This document shows positions 47,984 through 50,582 of a stretch of 50,582 nt of DNA, piece after piece. The translations under genes and the position numbers were made by a program. The stretch comes from Gammaproteobacteria bacterium (lineage in GTDB: Bacteria; Pseudomonadota; Gammaproteobacteria; HK1), in assembly GCA_041589735.1 (NCBI GenBank), contig JBFHVA010000001.1, forward strand, positions 1 to 50,582, written 5' to 3'. Each line of letters opens with the position of its first letter. Position 1 is the first letter of the stretch. The notes beneath the pieces were generated by a model that ran no database searches, was not told where the DNA came from, and saw only the letters and a list, made by a program, of their open reading frames with translations.

Positions 47984-48226
47984 GTGAACGAAAACTGGGT
48001 TGCAGAAGACCGGCGCAAGCTGCTGGCGCTGGCGCGGGACTTGCTGAACAGCGATTACGCCAGTCACAAGCTGACCTTCGCGTTGTTTGCCCAGCCGCCT
48101 CCGTTCGCACATCTGAACGCCGTTTACAATAACTTTGATTTTCCCGGGCCGCTGGAATTCGTCAAGCACGCGGCCGGGTTGTCGGACCGAGTTCTTGGGG
48201 AGACGAAAAAGGAGAAAGCCGCGTGA
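47984..48226 (+). CDS. small hypothetical protein (80 aa), tentative
   Basis: GTG start with GAGG about 13 nt upstream. The stop overlaps the GTG of the downstream RidA gene (GTGA). No recognisable domain. Confidence 0.4.
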   Translation: MNENWVAEDRRKLLALARDLLNSDYASHKLTFALFAQPPPFAHLNAVYNNFDFPGPLEFVKHAAGLSDRVLGETKKEKAA

Positions 48227-48639
48227 CGGTTCACGATCGCATACGCAAGTTCAACACCAGGGACACCTACCCTAACCAGTCGCTGGATAACGATCTGTGC
48301 CAGGTGGTCAAGGCCGGCAATCTGGTATTCCTTCGCGGCCAGGTAGGCTCGGATTTGGAAGGCAACACGGTTGGCATAAACGACCCCGGGGCCCAGGCCG
48401 ATCAAGCAATGAAAAACGTCAAGCAGCTGCTGGAGGAGGCGGGCAGCGATCTGTCGCACGTTTGCAAGATCACCATTTACATTACGGACCGCGCATACCG
48501 CGAGCCGGTCTACCGCACCATCGGTAAATGGCTGAAAGGCGTGTTTCCGGTGTCCACGGGACTCATCGTTCAGGGATTGGCGCGCCCGGAGTGGCTGATG
48601 GAGATCGACGTCATCGCGGTGATTCCGGATGGGAAATAA
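48223..48639 (+). CDS. RidA/YjgF/L-PSP family protein
   Basis: GNLVFLRGQVG...GAQADQAMKNVKQLLEEAGSDLSHVCKITIYITD...MEIDVIA. Confidence 0.85.
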   Translation: MTVHDRIRKFNTRDTYPNQSLDNDLCQVVKAGNLVFLRGQVGSDLEGNTVGINDPGAQADQAMKNVKQLLEEAGSDLSHVCKITIYITDRAYREPVYRTIGKWLKGVFPVSTGLIVQGLARPEWLMEIDVIAVIPDGK

Positions 48640-48867
48640 CAGGTGGGGATCGCGGTCTCGGACAAAACCTGCTTTGACGGTGGACTTGCCGAAAGTTCCT
48701 CAATTCAATTGGATCGGGGTGAGCTGATTCAGAGGCAGAGTAAGCGCGCAGATCGCAGCTAAAGAACCGCATCACTCAACGTTGGAAATACAAAATACCT
48801 GACTCTTCCCCCGCCATCGTCCCCGGGATAGGCTTCGAGCTTCTGTCCAACGCAAAGGGGGTTCGAT

Positions 48868-49128
48868 ATGCGTCTCAATCCCAAGGCACTGGGCCTCGCG
48901 CTTGGAATTCTGTGGGGTCTGTCGGTTTTTCTCGCCACGGCCTGGATCATTTTCACCGGCAGCCCGGGCGACACCCTGGCCAAGCTCGGCGTGTTCTACA
49001 TCGGATATGACGTGACCTGGACTGGCGCCGTCGTCGGGTTGGGGTACGGTTTCCTGGATGGCCTCATCGGCGGGCTGCTGCTGGCGTGGATTTATAACGC
49101 CTTCTTACCCAAGCCGGATCTGCCCTGA
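48868..49128 (+). CDS. small two-TM membrane protein (family sometimes annotated as holin-like)
   Basis: 86 aa. LGLALGILWGLSVFLATAW...GAVVGLGYGFLDGLIGGLLLAWIYN. AGGGGG RBS. Confidence 0.6.
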   Translation: MRLNPKALGLALGILWGLSVFLATAWIIFTGSPGDTLAKLGVFYIGYDVTWTGAVVGLGYGFLDGLIGGLLLAWIYNAFLPKPDLP

Positions 49129-49193
49129 GTGGAAGTCGAGGCGGAGTCTGCGGGGCATCGCAAGCGGTGGCCGTGACTGAACGCAGCAAATGG

Positions 49194-49215
49194 GAAGGCG
49201 GCTCGAGCCGCCTTC
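49194..49215. terminator. 22-bp perfect palindrome GAAGGCGGCTCGAGCCGCCTTC between convergent genes
   Basis: Read directly from the sequence. Lies between the stops at 49128 (+) and 49304 (-). No strong T-tract. Confidence 0.5.
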
Positions 49216-49303
49216 GTCATATAAGCGGAGCTGGACGCCGGAAATCCACAGGCAATTGATTTCCGTCGTTGTGGCAGGAAAGCTCCCTCGATTCAGAGAT
49301 TTC

Positions 49304-49642
49304 CTAAAGAGCGATGCGGTCGCCGTTACGGCGGACAATCTCGCCATCCAAGCCGGGCACGGCCAGCACGTCGAGAATGCTCCTGTACGGTCCGTTGTTG
49401 CCGCGGTACGAGACGATGCGTTCCGCCAGCTCGGGTGAAATTTCCGGTATGGCGGCGCTGATTTCCTCGGCGGAGTCCGTGTTGAGATTGCAAACGGCCT
49501 CTTCGTCCTGGTCGGAATTGAGTAGGACCAGCGCAATGGTCACCGCGCGCGCGGCCTGCAGCGAACGGGACTCCTGGGCGGCTGCTACGGCAGGTACGGT
49601 CAGCAGAGCAAGGGCGACCGCGATGCTTAGCAAGTTTTTCAT
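49304..49642 (-). CDS. secreted helix-hairpin-helix (ComEA-like) protein
   Basis: Signal peptide. INTDSAEEISAAIPEISPELAERIVSYRGNNGPYRSILDVLAVPGL is the typical ComEA HhH module. Confidence 0.75.
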   Translation of the reverse strand: MKNLLSIAVALALLTVPAVAAAQESRSLQAARAVTIALVLLNSDQDEEAVCNLNTDSAEEISAAIPEISPELAERIVSYRGNNGPYRSILDVLAVPGLDGEIVRRNGDRIAL

Positions 49643-49904
49643 CCGGCTCCCTCCGAGGCGTTCTGTTGACGCCTTTAATAAACGGGGTACTACTAAGTAA
49701 AGCAGCCAATCGAACAGTTAAAAGGTGCACAGGTCGCATTCCGGGGAAAAACAGGGATTTAGCCAGAAAGATGGGGCCAGATGGGCGGTCCGGGCCTCCT
49801 CGGATGGTCACAGTTTCAGAGTTTGCCCAGTTTCGTCATAGAAAGCGGGCGAGAAGCGGAGCCCAGCCGAGCTGTCGATCATGTCGACGCCGCGGCTCGG
49901 GATC

Positions 49905-50211
49905 TCAACCGCCGAAGGAAGACAACTCCTGCTCCACCAGGGCCGCCCAGAAGCTGGCGCCGACGGGAAGGGCATCGTCGTTGAAGTCGTAGCGGAATTG
50001 TGCACCACGCAGCTGCCGTGGCCCTCGGAGCCGTTCCCCAGGCGCACGTAACAACCCGGGCGTTCTTGCAGCATCCAGGCAAAATCCTCCGCGCCCATGG
50101 ACGGCGGCAAACTGCGGATGACGTTCTCCTCGCCGACAACACTGGCGGCGGCCCGCGCCGCCAGCGGGTCATTTCGCTGTGAAGTTCGAGAATCTTGGGT
50201 TTTAAAGCCAT
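49905..50211 (-). pseudogene. M20 amidohydrolase (hippurate hydrolase/aminoacylase-like) remnant
   Basis: The first 19 codons MALKPKILELHSEMTRWRR are joined out of frame to C-terminal AAASVVGEENV...MGAEDFAWMLQERPGCYVRLGNG...VVHNS. A further 1-nt shift leads to RYDFNDDALPVGASFWAALVEQEL*. About 290 codons are missing. Confidence 0.65.
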
Positions 50212-50295
50212 GTCGCGTTCATTTTCGGCCATCTTTAAGCTCGTATAAGCACGCCGCGTCCCAGCGTTCGCCCGGCAAGAGCGCAATGGTTTTGA

Positions 50296-50582
50296 TCAAC
50301 CACGGCTGTTTCCCGCTCCAGTCCTTGCTTTTGACCTTTCCGCCACCAGCGAGCGGAGCCTAGCGACGGCACTTTGCGGACTGGTCAGCAGCGGCGCCGG
50401 GCTGCGCGGCGCAGCCGGCGCTGCCGCCCGAGCCATGGAAAACTGTGCCAGCAGCACCGCGTCCACCTCCAACAGCCCGCTCACCGCCCGGGCGATGAGC
50501 GCGTCGTGGCGTGCGCCATCGCCGTCGTTGAGGGCGCGCATGGCGTCCTCGACGAATACGCCCTGCACTCGAACCGCCTTGC
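50296..50582 (-). CDS. Asp/Glu/hydantoin racemase-like protein, C-terminal part (gene runs off the window)
   Basis: VDAVLLAQFSMARAA...PLLTSPQSAV resembles the C-terminus of Asp/Glu racemase-superfamily proteins. The reading frame is open to the window edge. Confidence 0.45.
   Translation of the reverse strand, partial: KAVRVQGVFVEDAMRALNDGDGARHDALIARAVSGLLEVDAVLLAQFSMARAAAPAAPRSPAPLLTSPQSAVARLRSLVAERSKARTGAGNSRG

Overview
High-GC (roughly 60-65% by eye) proteobacterial-type chromosomal segment. It is densely coding, with about 55 CDS. I saw no rRNA, tRNA, CRISPR array, transposase or integrase. Many long ORFs in the six-frame track are antisense or shadow frames typical of high-GC DNA and were not called.

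Most of the content is housekeeping or metabolic:
- Core functions: ubiX, cardiolipin synthase, msrA, cystathionine beta-synthase, tatD, PBP4/dacB, rimO, HMG-CoA lyase.
- Transport: an EmrAB-like HlyD/MFS efflux pair and two tripartite tricarboxylate transporter (TctCBA) loci.
- Signalling: an FHA-GGDEF cyclase and a single-domain PilZ protein.

Parts that deserve a second look:
1. At 17.1-18.6 kb an uncharacterised FRG-domain gene begins exactly where a Hanks-type Ser/Thr kinase gene breaks off. The kinase also carries an in-frame TGA. The segment is flanked by a 270-bp spacer holding three stem-loops.
2. At 20.07-21.38 kb two domain-less cytoplasmic proteins are separated only by a stop-hairpin-start junction and are followed by an RDD membrane protein.
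3. At 23.8-32.9 kb a ten-gene co-directional cluster looks like an undescribed catabolic pathway: SDR, DedA, class II aldolase translationally coupled to a MIP channel, SDR, MR/MLE enolase, TauD dioxygenase, TctCBA. Both FabG-like SDRs lack the catalytic Ser and Tyr.
4. An orphan Rap1a/Tai4-like periplasmic immunity-type protein lies next to PBP4.
5. An orphan DppD/DppF-type ATPase pair has no permease or binding protein nearby.
6. There are two decayed genes: the kinase and an internally deleted M20 amidohydrolase.

All family calls come from motif recognition by eye. No database search was run.
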